Shown: positions 37,163-51,117, counted from the stretch's first letter. The stretch: 64,000 nucleotides of DNA from Octopus sinensis (GCF_006345805.1 NC_043018.1:806001-870000); one strand, 5' to 3'. Translations and numbers: made by a program. The notes: generated by a model not told the origin, from the letters alone.

Positions 37163-38458
37163 CTAATGTAAAATACCGATTATATTGGTTCTGGAGAAGC
37201 TAAGCGCTTTCTTGTGAAAGTACTTTTCTGTAAGCAAGAAGGAAATATACGAACTGGCTGTGAATTCGCTTTGTGGCACACACAGAAGCGATGTTTCTCG
37301 GTTACGAAATGTTTTGCTTTTTAAATAGCTTTCAGTCACGTTTTTCTTTTGAATGCCGCACATCTATAACATGAGATCCTTCTTTCTCGCACAGAAACTT
37401 TTCTTTCGTACAGATGTACAAACAAGGTCTCTGGTTTTTGTAATCAATCTTATAAATCCGATATTACACAATACAATTATTTCCCTGACATTCGGTTGCA
37501 TGTGTTTCCTCTGCAATCTTTCGTGCTATGTTGACCTTAAACCGAATGTATTACGGCAGGTAAACTTTCTGCTGGACCAAACCATATCCCTTTTGTTCGT
37601 AGATTGTGCAGCTTATATAGATATTATTGTTTGAAATGTAGATATAGAAATAGTGGAAAACAAATATACTTGCAGTGGCATTGTGCTAATCAACTGCACT
37701 TGCGTTATATTCTTATGAAAAGTTTAATATTCAGGTTACGAACAACTATTGATATACAACCTTAAGCTCAAGTGTCATTTTATTTGGAGAAGAAACACAG
37801 TTAGTTTTGAGTATTGTTATCATTTTCTGTATCATAACAAAATTCAAATCACTGCGGATGATGTGAAATGTTATCATTTTGCCAAATATCTCCACTAATT
37901 GGAACAGGACATTCTAAAATATAACACCTTCCGCAAAACTGCTGATTATATCAATAACTTACAGGAACGCTAGGGAGGTCATTACAGTGAACAAACGCTT
38001 GTTTTGTATTGGATAGCATTAAATGTTGAGTGAAAATGAAGGGGAACAGCTGCTTGAGTTTAAGTTTATTTCATCCTAACGTTGAACTCTATGATGCATA
38101 AGACTCTAAAGCTATCATTATATGCCAGAACTCTTTCGCTATGCCTACACAGAGAAAACATTTCGTTATAATAACTAGTGTGTGTCTATAATAGTTGTAC
38201 ACAAGGCAGAGAGTAAAATGAAACGCTAACAGCATAAACAACAGCGACTTATGTCAGAACGTGAGTGTTAAAAAAATATAAAACAATTAGTTAAAGATTA
38301 ATGATGAATATCCATTCTTTTATAGATACAAGGTCCGAAATTTGTGGGAGGGAATACGCCATTTCCTCGACTCCAGTACTCAAATGGTACTTTCGTTATC
38401 GACTCCTAAAAGATGAAAGCAAGCTCGACTTCGACGGAATTTTAACTCAAGAAAGTGA

Positions 38459-38494
<36 letters not shown>

Positions 38495-38743
38495 CAAGGG
38501 TGTTATATAAAAATCGAGATAGGATTTAGAAAAACGATAAGCATCACAGAAACACATATAAGAGAGAACAGCTGTGCACACATAAATTTGTCATAAGTAT
38601 CAATACACAATCCAAGGAACACTGAAACATGCAACATCTTCTATCAGACAACCCCGCTCCTGATGAACGTCCTGCGAATTAAAAAGCAAAATATTGATGC
38701 GCATAATATTTTTGAAATTAAAAAAACAACCTAAATCCCTACA

Positions 38744-39170
38744 ATGGTTACTTACCAGTGCCACCAAAAATACAAACTCATTAATCAAAAAAGGAAACGC
38801 CCTAACTGCGGGACATTAATCATCTTTATGGAAGGTTCAATATATAAATTCAAGTCAGGTCAAATATTGACCATAACGAATCACTTTTCCTGGTCATCGA
38901 AGAAATATGCAGTGTCGGATGATGACTACATTGGTGAAACGGGCTTGTCGTTGAGGTGCATACTGGTAGCACACAGGCAAAAGTTTTGGGAACCATGACC
39001 AGGAAAATTAGAAAATTTCCGTCAGCAACCACTTAGATCAATACCCCGCAGACATATATCCGAAGTACCAGATTCTCCCTCTCTATCAATGCACTGGAAA
39101 TACTTCAATCCACTTCTGATTGAATAAGGAAAGCATGTTCGTTAAAAAATATAAACCGTTACTAAATATC
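38744..39170 (+). pseudogene. Penelope-like element GIY-YIG endonuclease relic
   Basis: KRPNCGT..EGSIYKFKSGQ..FSWSSKK..YIGETGLSLR..HRQ, then after a frameshift VSNHLD..PKYQILPLYQ..KESMFVKKYKPLLN, the typical C-terminus of Penelope RT-EN proteins. Confidence 0.85.
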
Positions 39171-39405
39171 TGTTTCTTTATTACCCACAAGGGGCTGAAC
39201 ATAGAGGGGACAAACAAGGACAGACTAACGGATTGAGTCGATTACATCGACCCCAGTGCGTAACTGGTACTTAATTTATCGACCCCGAAAGGATGAAAGG
39301 CAAAGTCGACCTCGGCGGGATTTTAACTCAGAACGTAACGGCAGACGAAATACGGCTACGCATTTCGCCCGGCGTGCTAACGTTTCTGCCAGCTCGCCGC
39401 CTTAA
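39171..39405 (-). mobile_element. Meta-type SINE, full length, 20-bp TSD, inserted at the end of the Penelope ORF
   Basis: TSD ATAAACCGTTACTAAATATC at 39151-39170 and 39406-39425. Confidence 0.92.
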
Positions 39406-40031
39406 ATAAACCGTTACTAAATATCCTATAATAATACACCAGAAAGAGAAAACCCAATACATTCACGAAAAACGACCACAGACAATTGATACAAACGTAT
39501 AAGTAAGAATATTCTTCAGGGATTAAAATCCCCAACTCTAAATAATTATACAATAACTTAATACACCTGTTGAAACACCAGTTGCTGACATCGCCATAGA
39601 CAAAAACAAAGAAGTTTCTCTCTGGTTAGAATCGGATTCAAATAAAAAACAAACAGATAGGGACTTCTTAAGGGAACCAGCCAACCGGGACGCTAGATGA
39701 CCATTAGGGAAAAACATGTGACCGAATTCCTACCAGGAACTCAACAAAGCAGAAGGTTGAACTTTGACAACACAAAAACGGAAAATACTTTCGATCAAAA
39801 TAAAGTGACGTCAGGAAACCTACGGTCCTTGACCGTGTTGAACAAGCAGTGGGCGTCACAAAGAAGCCAAACGACGAAAACGCTACACTTTTGCCAAACA
39901 AAAATATTTTGACCAAAACATCCACGATAAAAACAAAAAGACGTCATCGAAATTATAAAAAATCAAAGACTGGAACCGATTACGTAAACATATATTCTAA
40001 AAGATTTAAACTTCTAGCACTTTGAAATGCC

Positions 40032-40257
40032 TATTTCTTTACTACCCACAAGGGGCTAAACACAGAGAGGACAAACAAGGACAAACGGATTAAGTCGATT
40101 ATATCGACCCCAGCGCGTAACTGGTACTTATTTAATCGACCCCGAAAGGATGAAAGGCAAAGTCAACCTCGGCGGAATTTGAACTCAGAACGTAACGGCA
40201 GACGAAATACGGCTACGCATTTCGCCCGGCGTGCTAACGTTTCTGCCAGCTCGCCGC
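40032..40257 (-). mobile_element. Meta-type SINE, full length, 12-bp TSD
   Basis: CTTTGAAAT(G/A)CC at 40020-40031 and 40258-40269. Confidence 0.9.
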
Positions 40258-40729
40258 CTTTGAAATACCACAAGCTGAGAAGGTGAAGAGACCAGTGCAT
40301 AGAGGCTGAAATTAAGAAAAGTACTACAAGCACCAAGGCAGAAACAGCTTTCCTTCTCTCCACTTTTCTCCGTTTATTCTCCACTTCTTTCATGAGGACT
40401 CAATATGGCTAAACTTTCAACAACGTAAATTTTTTATGGAACTTCACTGAACATGTATACATGTTTTATCATCTATTTCTGTGAAACTCATTGAAATTTC
40501 TCTGAACATTCCAACATTTGATCTGTTTATACATATTTGTCCGAGTTTTACCTTCTAACATTTAGCTATCACAAACCATTTATTTATATATTTGTACCAC
40601 TGATAAGCAAAGCAATATCGAATCCGGTTTGATATTTGAACGAATCTATAACAAAATTTTAAAACGATTACACGTTTTCAGCTTCAAGTGCATTATCAAA
40701 CTACAAAACAAATCCCATATATATTCCTG

Positions 40730-41075
40730 CCTGGTTCGGGGTTCTGTCCCACTTCGTGACACCTTGTTCAAGCCTCGGGTCGATCAAACCCTTGTGTGTG
40801 GATTTGGTAGACGGAAAATGAAAGAGACCCGTTCTGTATACATGTATATGTATATGTGTGTGTGTGTGTGTCTTTGTATCTGCGTCTGTCCCCCCATCAC
40901 CGTTTGACAACCGGTGTTGGTCTGGTAACATCCTCGTATCTCAGCGGTTTGGCAACAGAGGCCGATAGAATAAGTACTAGGCTTAAAAAACAAGAACTGG
41001 GTTCAATTCATTCGACTAAATATTCGAGGAAATGCCCTGTAACGGCCGCTGTCTAATGACTAAAACAAGTATAAG
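40730..41075 (+). mobile_element. V-type SINE family B variant (5'-truncated)
   Basis: GTGGATTTGGTAGACGGAAAATGAAAGAG.., internal (TG)n, 3' domain CGATAGAATAAGTACTAGGC. Confidence 0.8.
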
Positions 41076-41188
41076 ATAACAGATGAAAGATATGTGCATG
41101 GGTGTGTGCATAAATAGGTGAACATACAATATATATATATATATATATATACATATTATATATATATATATATATACACTTATATATA

Positions 41189-41229
<41 letters not shown>

Positions 41230-41234
<5 letters not shown>

Positions 41235-41420
41235 CGGGAAGTTTTATGAAAATAGACAAAGACGAAGGCAGGTGGAGTACAAACAGACAATTGTATTAGT
41301 ATGGCGCTCAGGAATATAAATAAAACAAGTCTTTTACGTTTCGAGCCTACGCTCTTCAGCAGAAAGATACACAGAAAAGAAACACGGAAAGAAACACGGA
41401 GAGAAAAAACATGCGTGCAG
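41230..41420 (-). mobile_element. pseudo-LTR-type fragment with hammerhead-like motif
   Basis: Minus strand CTTT-CTGCTGA-A-GAGC GTAG GCTC-GAAAC-GTA-AAAG (41331-41366); homologous to 16430-16610. Confidence 0.55.
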
Positions 41421-41610
41421 AAGCTAGCGATTCAACATATATATATGATAATGTTTGCATATGTGTATATTTATGTACGTGAGGGTTGGCGTGTGCCTGT
41501 ATTTTATTATTTATATAAATTGTGTGGATGAACGAATTGAATTATACCGAGCAAAGCTTCATTCACAGTTCCGTGCTCCTATTTTCAACAAACTGCACAA
41601 ACACGGTGTG

Positions 41611-41645
<35 letters not shown>

Positions 41646-41647
41646 GT

Positions 41648-41680
<33 letters not shown>

Positions 41681-41859
41681 TCAGCAGTGCGTTTCTTTGT
41701 TTTCATTATCTGTCTAGTCAGATAAACTGCACCCAAAATATTATACACGTTGACATCAGGAACACAGTAAGTCACTTGTGAAATTCAGCATTTGCACACA
41801 CAAGACCGGCAGAGAGGTATCCATGATGTAACACGCATGTTTTATACATACATACATGC

Positions 41860-41905
<46 letters not shown>

Positions 41906-41948
41906 GCATGTATGTATTATATGTATATAATATATATATATGCATGTT

Positions 41949-41997
<49 letters not shown>

Positions 41998-42714
41998 TAT
42001 ATATTATATATATATATATATATACATGTGTCTGCAAACGTAAATTGATGAATGTGCATATATGCATGTTAGGATATAGATTACACACATACATAAATAT
42101 ATCTATTGAAAATCAATAAAACAACAAGGAGCAACGGAGTTAAACGCACACAGATACGAATGTGTGAAGTTTTATTCGTTCAGTAGTCTCAAAATGGCGA
42201 CGTTCTTAACCTGATCTGTCTTCCAGAACTTTCCCATTTTATGGTCACTGGATATGTAAACATGCCGAAAGCGAAAAAAAATGTATTTGAAAACATTAAA
42301 ATGTACAATATAAGTGCGCACGCACATACATAGAGAGAGTGAGAGAGAGGAAGAGGGTGAGAGAGGGAGAGAGGGAGAGAGAGCGCAAACTTCTATGCCT
42401 AAAGTGTGTAAAATGTTTGAAAATAATTTTGTGATAAAATTAGAAAATATATTTTATACGGAGAATTTTATAAAAATAAATAGAAAATCGATAAATAACT
42501 TAAAAGTTATTTTAAAATAGAGATGGAATGTGTAGTGTATTATTTCATTTTTCACCGTTTAGTGCTTGTCGTTATTCCAGTTCAGCAGTAAATATGCTGA
42601 TCATGTTCTCAAATGTCAGTTTTTTTCAGCCGTAGTATATCTGGTACTTCGTGTATAAATTTGTACTTGTATTATTTTGAAGCCTAAACTAATTTCATGA
42701 TAGATTAAGCATTT

Positions 42715-42924
42715 CTCTTTACTCTTTTTACTTTTTTACTTGTTTCAGTCATTTGACTGCGGCCATGCTAGAGCACCGCCTTCAGTCGAGCAAATCGACC
42801 CCAGGACTTATTCTATCGGTCTCTTTTGCCGAACCGCTAAGTGACGGGGACGTAAACACACCAGCATCGGTTGGCAAGCAATGCTAGGGGGACAAACACA
42901 GACACACAAACATATACACACACA

Positions 42925-42966
<42 letters not shown>

Positions 42967-43133
42967 TACGACAGGCTTCTTTTCAGTTTCCGTCTACCAA
43001 ATCCACTCACAAGTCATTGGTCGGCCCGGGGCTATAGCAGAAGACACTTGCCCAAGATGCCACGCAATGGGACTGAACCCGAAACCACGTAGTTGGTTAG
43101 CAAGCTACTTACCACACAGCCACTCCTGCGCCT
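42715..43133 (-). mobile_element. V-type SINE family B
   Basis: Reverse complement of the 10987 copy. Confidence 0.9.
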
Positions 43134-43250
43134 ATTTCCATGCATCTTTTGAAACGAAAGAGAGCTCGTTCCATCGATGATAACAGAATTGATGCACATT
43201 TTTCTTCAGTCTTCGCTAGGATCGCTGAAATACTTCTGTTTCTCTCTGAG

Positions 43251-43697
43251 CATATCTCATCACAACCATATTTCATCACAACCATATCTCATCACAACAA
43301 TATCTCATCACAGCCATATCTCATCACAGCCATATCTCATCACAACCATATCTCATCACAGCCATATCTCATCACAACCATATCTCATCACAACCATATC
43401 TCATCACAACCATATCTCATCACAACCATATCTCATCACAACCATATCTCATCACAGCCATATCTCATCACAACCATATCTCATCACAACCACATCTCAT
43501 CACAGCCATATCTTATCACAACCATATCTCATCACAGCCATATCTCATCACAGCCATATCTCATCACAACCATATCTCATCACAACCATATCTCATCACA
43601 ACCATATCTCATCACAGCCATATCTCATCACAGCCATATCTCATCACAACCATATCTCATCAAAACCATATCTCATCACAGCCATGTCTCATCACAA
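43251..43697. repeat. 16-bp minisatellite (CATATCTCATCACAAC / ..CAGC), about 28 copies
   Basis: Directly visible; two unit variants interspersed. Confidence 0.95.
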
Positions 43698-43798
43698 TAT
43701 AGAATTAAAAGTCGTACAATAAAAGATGCAATCAGTAACATACACAAAGCGCCAAGTCAATTTAATCGACACCAATGGTCAACTGGTATTTATTTTAT

Positions 43799-44032
43799 TA
43801 AGGCGGCGAGCTGGCAGAACCGTTAGCACGTCGGACGAAATGCTTAGCGGTATTTCGCCTGCCATTACATTCTAAGCTCAAATTCCGCCGAGGTCGACTT
43901 TGCCTTTCATCCTTTCGGGGTCGATAAATTAAGTACCAGTTATGCACTGGGGTCGATGTAATCGACTTAATACCTATGTCTGTCCTTGTTTGTTCCCTCT
44001 ATGTTTAGCCCCTTGTGGGTAATAAAGAAATA
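43799..44032 (+). mobile_element. Meta-type SINE, full length, 14-bp TSD, nested in an older SINE relic
   Basis: TSD GGTATTTATTTTAT at 43785-43798 and 44033-44046. Confidence 0.92.
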
Positions 44033-45409
44033 GGTATTTATTTTATCGGCCCCGGGATATTGAAAGTCAAATGCGACTCCAACAGCATCTGAAATCAGTG
44101 CGTTAAGTCGGACGCTATACTACGAATCGTCTTGCTCGGACTTCATTATTCCATCTGGCCGCCTTGATACATATATGATATTAACATTCAAATATTACTA
44201 ATAGACTGTTATAAACGAAAACTCCCCTGTTTCTTTTGTTTCACACTTTAATTATAATCCCAAATAATGAATGCTTTCTAAATTGCTTGGTTAGATGTTT
44301 GAAGAACATTCCTATAATTAAGATGCGTTTATAATTATTATAGGCTTCGAAATTTCCTTTGATAAGCACATATATCTTAATACTACTCTTTATAACATTT
44401 AATACCGCCCTATATTACATGTGTGATGTTAAATTATGCAAATAATTATTTAAATTATGGTTAGAGTGAATGCGATAAGAAAAGTCAATATCAGAGAAAA
44501 TTGCTAAATGCAGCACTTTAAAGAGTGAACATATATGAGGGTACGAGGAGAAATACAGGAAACAAAGCAATATCGTTTCAAATATCTAGTTTGGAAAACA
44601 AAGCGAAAGACAAACTATAACATGGATAGGAAACATTATTTTGGAAAGCCAAAAGAAATTTGTTTACTCAAAAGATACACAAATGCTGTAGCAGATGGTA
44701 CTTATGAGAGGTTAACATGGGTGCATCAGTAACAAGTAAAATATATAAAATAAAATAAAATTGAAATTAGAATCATTTAGGCGTTAGAACAACTGGTAGT
44801 TCGATTGGCTATTAAGATTACTAAATTATAATGAGTCGGTATTACTTTGGAATTCTGGTTTAATTCATCTAAACATTTGTTCATGCATACTATCAAGGGA
44901 GTCCTAAAGACTGCAAGTTCAAATGTAATGAGACGATATGATATGTGAGAAGAAACCTGTTGTCATGCTGGTTTTAAAATTTTAGGTACAAGGCTAGCAT
45001 TTCGACCATCTCTACGTTCTGAGTTAATATTCCGCTGAGGTCAGCTTTTCTCCTTGTCTTCTCGGAGTCGAGCAAATATGTAACAGTATTAATCGACTTT
45101 TCCAGGCTCTTAAATTGCTGCCCTTTTGTCATAATCTTTTACCACTTTTACCTGTATATAAGACGACCAGCTGGCAGAATCGTTAGCACGCCTGGAAAAG
45201 TGCTTAGCGACATTTCGTGCGAGCTTCAACGTGTTCTGAGTTCAAATTACACCGAGGTTGGTTTTGCTTTTCATTCTTATGAGCCGTTAAAGTAAGTTCC
45301 AGCATTGGGTTTGATATGATTGGCCAGCTTTCTCCTCTGAACTTGCTGCTCTTGTGCCAAATATCCTAAACTAATATTTCATGTAAGCTAGTAAGTGATC
45401 TAATAATAA

Positions 45410-45622
45410 CAGTGTGATGGGACCTCGTGAGTACCGCCAGCGATATTTTTTTCCCTCTGTCTTCTCTTCTCAGGATCTTTCCTTCTCCTAAGTTTCCGAC
45501 GAAGAGATCCGCTCGAAACGTTAAACCTCCTTCTTCCCTTCTTTCCTGAGCGTCCAATAATACTTTATTTGTTCCACGTCCTCGCGTTGGTGTGTGTTTT
45601 TTTTGTGTTTTCTTGTCTGGAT

Positions 45623-45630
<8 letters not shown>
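45410..45630 (+). mobile_element. Penelope-like pseudo-LTR fragment with hammerhead-like motif
   Basis: GUUU-CCGACGA-A-GAG AUCCG CUC-GAAAC-GUU|AAAC at 45492-45526; homologous to 16100-16290. Confidence 0.6.
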
Positions 45631-45662
<32 letters not shown>

Positions 45663-46269
45663 TCTCATGAGAGAGAGATGTGCAAGCGCATGTGAGTGTA
45701 ATTAAAGTTTAATTAAAAATGTATCTTCATTACAGATTTTTCTTCTCAAAGTTATATTAAAAGTTTTGAAAATCAATGCTTAATTTTTTAATCGAAGGGA
45801 ATGATGGATTCCTGCGAATAATATAATTTTAGTCTTAGAGTAAAATGGAATCAGGGTGGAGTTGGAATTCTGTGGCAGATTGAGAAAAAATATCGAATAT
45901 ACATGGCAGACATGAATAAGTATTAAATGGATTTAGTGGTTAAATGCATCGGATAGTTATTCAAAATATAATGTGGAAATACTTATAAACTAGATCTTCA
46001 TCCGTTTTATACAAATTATATACCACGAAGCAGTTTGAAAATACCTTACGAATTGAAGACCGTGCTCTGGATAGTCACTAGCTATCCTTTGACGAACTAT
46101 CCATACGTTATTAACATTCCGCCCAGGTAGACTTTGCCGTTCAACCTCACCAGGTTGATAAAATAAGTAACAATTGGGAACTGGGGTCGAAAACATTTAC
46201 ATAGCCTCTTCCCCGAAATCGCTTGCCTTGTGTTAAAATTTGAAGCCACAGTTAAACTGCGTACCTCCC

Positions 46270-46682
46270 ACTCCTTACTCTTTCTCTTTACTCTTTTACT
46301 CTTTTACTTGTTTCAGTCATTTGACTGCGGCCATGCTGGAGCACCGCCTTTAGTCGAGCAAATCGACCCCGGGACTTATTCTTTGTAAGCCCAGTACTTA
46401 TTCTATCGGTCTCTTTTGCCGAACCGCTAAGTGACGGGGACATAAACACACCAGCATCGGTTGTCAAGCAATGCTAGGGGGACAGACACAGACACACAAA
46501 CACACATACACATATACGACAGGCTTCTTTCAGTTTCCGTCTACCAAATCCACTCACAAGACATTGGTCGGCCCGGGGCTATAGCAGAAGACACTTGCCC
46601 AAGATGCCACGCAGTGGGACTGAACCTGGAACCATGTGGTTGGTTAGCAAGCTACTTACCACACAGCCAGTCCTGCGCCTAT
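46270..46682 (-). mobile_element. V-type SINE family B, full length
   Basis: Reverse complement of the 10987 copy. Confidence 0.9.
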
Positions 46683-46800
46683 GTAATTTCACTTAGAAAT
46701 TTGAATAAGTTTTCCCTATTAATCATCAATATTCAAGTTTTTATTTATTCTTCCGTAGCATAGTGTCTCGTAAACTTCAAACTGGTCCCCAAGCACATAC

Positions 46801-46850
46801 CATCTGATTATTTCCTGAATAAATTTCGTATTAACCTTGTATTTAATTTC
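46801..46850 (-). CDS. weak candidate exon (EIKYKVNTKFIQEIIR)
   Basis: Strong donor ATG|GTATGT, modest acceptor GAATAG|; phase-compatible with the 53126 exon. Confidence 0.2.
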
Positions 46851-48210
46851 CTATTCACACAAACTCTACCTAATATTTTCGAATATAAAACTAAGTCTCT
46901 ATGGTTTTCATACAACACGTCAACTCAATGCAACAAACAACATTACTCCGAGGAAGTGAACACATACACACACATATACAAACAATATACATGTATATGT
47001 GTGTTTGTGAGTGTGTGTGTGTGTGTGTGTGTGTCTGTCTCTCTGTGTGGTGCGTGTATGTATGTGTTATCATTATATGACAGTTTTGTCGTAGAACCTC
47101 TGATACAAATATAAATAGCATTAGCTTATCAACGACAATAATTTATTAAAATATTCTGTCCCTATTCTTTTCTCTTCTAATTTATATGCTATTCTAATTA
47201 TAAGTACTCCACTAGTCTCTCATATTTTCTTTTTACTACTTCCTTAAGTTCTTTCCTCCTGGGTCCTAAAGCTAATTTTTTTAAATATTGTTTTTATATT
47301 ATTATTTTCTCTTTCTTCGGTCGTAGAATAAGACAGTCTTTACAATATCGACTTTTCTTATCATTTTCTCACTAAATTTAAATAATTATTTGCTTCATTT
47401 ACATTTGTACATTTACAAATACACATATAAATATAGCAGATAAGAAGAACCTCATTATAAAAATATTATCGAAACATATATTTAATTCACGCAATTTAGA
47501 TTATCTGAAACCGACACATATTTCTTTTATTAGGAGCTGTAGTTGTAATATGTTAAACATTATCATTTTAAATATACTGGTGTTTTTAATTTACATTGAA
47601 ACATATTTGTGGGGTATCAAAATTTACATATCTCTATCAATAACCATGGCAAAATTTCGTTGCAGCCATCATATTTTTGAGAAATTTGACATGGGGAAAC
47701 AAATCTTTCTCTATGAAATACGTTTATAAAAGAAATATGATTTGATTGTACTCTGCGTATACAATATTATTCAAAAATTTTCTTATGCTCAATCTGAATG
47801 TAATGTACAATACTACATTTAAAAAAAATGTTTTCGGCTATTTTACTTTAAATTATTTATTAAAGCAAGATTCTTTATGTGCAAATGTGTGATAAAACAG
47901 GTATTTTTTGACTTGGGAATGGTCATATTCTTCTAATAATCCACACGCATTATATATTTCATCTTTCTAATTTCATTAGTTACATTATATATATAATATA
48001 TATATATATATATAATATATGTATTATGTATGTATGATTATATGTAATATATATATATGCATGTATATATATATATACATATATGTATGTATATATATAT
48101 ATTATATACATACATATATATATATTATACATACATATATATATAATACATTTATATATACACACATATATATATACATACACCATACACACAAACATAT
48201 ATTATATATA

Positions 48211-48253
<43 letters not shown>

Positions 48254-48796
48254 TAACCAGGGCAATACAGATTTTAGAAATTTTCACTGCCAGTAACTTA
48301 GCGTATAGAAAAATTAGTCATGGAGTATATATTATTCATATAAAATACGGTACAAATAATTTTATTTGCTAAAAAATGTCAGAAAGCATTGTCCAGGAAA
48401 TAGATTGAAATGTTTTTATTTTTCAGAAATTTTGCAGGAGTTCTTACGTAGATTAAATTAGCCCCAGTGATCGTTGGTACTTCTTTTATCGAAACCGAAA
48501 TAGATATTAATTAAATCATGAAAGGCGCAGTCGACCCCGGCGGTTGATTACTACTACTATTACTGCTACTGCTGCTGCTGGTACTGCTATTACTACTACT
48601 ATTACTGCTGCTACAGCTGTTGTTACTACTACTGCTACTACTACAACTAACACCGCTACCACAACCATCACCAACACTAATATTACTGCCACCACCACCA
48701 CCACTACTACTACTACTACTGCTATTACCACTACTACTACTACTGCTGCTGCTACTGTTGTTACTGCTGCTACAGCTGTTGTTGCTACTACTGCTA

Positions 48797-48896
48797 NNNN
48801 NNNNNNNNNNNNNNNNNNNNNNNNNNNNNNNNNNNNNNNNNNNNNNNNNNNNNNNNNNNNNNNNNNNNNNNNNNNNNNNNNNNNNNNNNNNNNNNN
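48797..48896. other. assembly gap (100 N)
   Basis: Run of exactly 100 N between a (CTA/CTG)n array and (TA)n DNA. Confidence 0.99.
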
Positions 48897-49050
48897 CGTA
48901 TTGTATATATATACCATATATATATCTATATATGTATATATATATATATTCTATATATATATGTATGTATATACGTATTTGTGTGTATGTATTTATATAT
49001 ATATACTTATATATATATAGATATTATATACTTATATATATATATATATA

Positions 49051-49095
<45 letters not shown>

Positions 49096-49430
49096 TACAT
49101 GTATACGTAATTGCATGTGAAATTTGTATAGATATCCATTAGATATCTACAACTATCTCTCTGTATACACGTTCATATAAACATGTGTGTGTGTGTTTCA
49201 ATGCGAGTATTACTCTTTGATGATATTAGTATTAAGCAGCGGGAACATAATATTCAGGTTTAAATTATTAATACATATATCATTTCTTGTATACACTACT
49301 CAGGAGTCTTTACTTTATTTGTAGCAGCAGCAATTCTGCCACACACACACACCCTATATATATCACATATATATATATATATATATTATTTATATATATA
49401 TATATAGATATATATATATATATATATATA

Positions 49431-49464
<34 letters not shown>

Positions 49465-49576
49465 GTGTGTGTATTATTATGTATAATATAATTATACATA
49501 TATATGTGTGTCTATGTGTGTGTCTATATTTCTACATACAAGCACAGTCACACTTCTGCGCACACACAAGCGCTTC

Positions 49577-49631
<55 letters not shown>

Positions 49632-49980
49632 TATATATTATATATATATATATATATATATGATATATAATATATATATATATATATATATAATATATAT
49701 ATATCAATATATATATATGTATTCATAAACCTATCTACTACGTACGTACTTTATATTATAATTCTCTTTCTCTTTGTTCAAGTTTTCCGAAACTATTTTC
49801 TCGTCTTCAAATTTCTGTTGTATTATTCTATTCAATAGTGTTTCCTATCACAATTCCTTCCCCATCTTTGATTTACAGCGCACTGAAAGGAATTTAAGAA
49901 ATTGCAGGTCTATTGTGTGTCTCTCCTACTTTTTGCGCAATATCACATATGCACATACGCACAAACCATATACATACATA

Positions 49981-50018
<38 letters not shown>

Positions 50019-50084
50019 TATATATAGCTATATATATATATATATATATGTGTGTGTATATAATGTATATATAATATATGTGTG

Positions 50085-50128
<44 letters not shown>

Positions 50129-50152
50129 ATGTAATATATATATATGTATATA

Positions 50153-50187
<35 letters not shown>

Positions 50188-50199
50188 CATATATATATA

Positions 50200-50238
<39 letters not shown>

Positions 50239-50482
50239 ATATTATATATACATTATATATTATATATATATATATAACATATGTATTATAACCATATGTT
50301 TGTATGTATGTATGAATATGTTTAAAGTGTTTATAGAAATACACACAAGCTTAAATATATGCGCGTTTGTTGTGTGTCTGTTTATATATATTATGGATAT
50401 GCCTATATATAGATGTGTATGAACGTACTTAAAATAATGTTCCTTATGCATTGCCATACTACAGCTACTAATAATAATGTTG

Positions 50483-50552
<70 letters not shown>

Positions 50553-50553
<1 letters not shown>

Positions 50554-51117
50554 CCCTGGTGCAGTACCAGGCAGTGGCTCTCATGGCTTCTGATCTTAAC
50601 TGATTGGAAGTGTTACCATGTCCATCGTTTTGTCGTGGTATAAAAGCTGGGCTACAGCAAATATTCTGCTCAATACCACAGATTTGCTTGTCAGTTGTTT
50701 GACCGTAACCAGTTGAGCATGTCCCTTAGTGACTGACGATATGTGCATCTCTGATCACGAGCAGAAGTAGTGGGGGAGCATCATAACCATGTGTTGAGAG
50801 AGATTCTTTGGGGCTTGAATAATTCACCTCTGGAAACATGGGTGTTTCTTTCAACATCCTTAAACAACCCTTATTCAACATCCTTAAACAACCCGTTTGA
50901 GCGGGATGGGTTATTCGACCTGAAGAAAATTCTAACTGAGCCCCACCTGCAAGGTCATGTGCTGTTCATCTTGATATGAGATCACCATGTCGCGCACACA
51001 TGGTTGTGATGCATGTGCCTGGTGTACCCTTATCAGACGGGTAGTCATGATGTGTATATTGGGCTTCGTATATTTTACCCCAGTGTTACTTTGATGGCAT
51101 GAACTGCTCTCTCACTC

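Noticed and set aside
40280-40316. GUGAAGA-GACC..GGCU-GAAA as a hammerhead downstream of the Penelope relic
   Set aside because: Core lacks C3/U4, stem II is mismatched and there is no NUH site.
42186-42205. CAAAATGGCGAC (YY1-like or start-codon context)
   Set aside because: The frame stops after six codons and there is no other promoter evidence.
43251-43697. Regularly spaced repeats as a CRISPR array
   Set aside because: Contiguous 16-bp tandem units with no unique spacers, in eukaryotic DNA.
44535-44732. ORF with ..QYRFKYLV.. resembling LINE RT FKYLG
   Set aside because: A single weak motif; possibly a decayed RTE fragment but unsupported.
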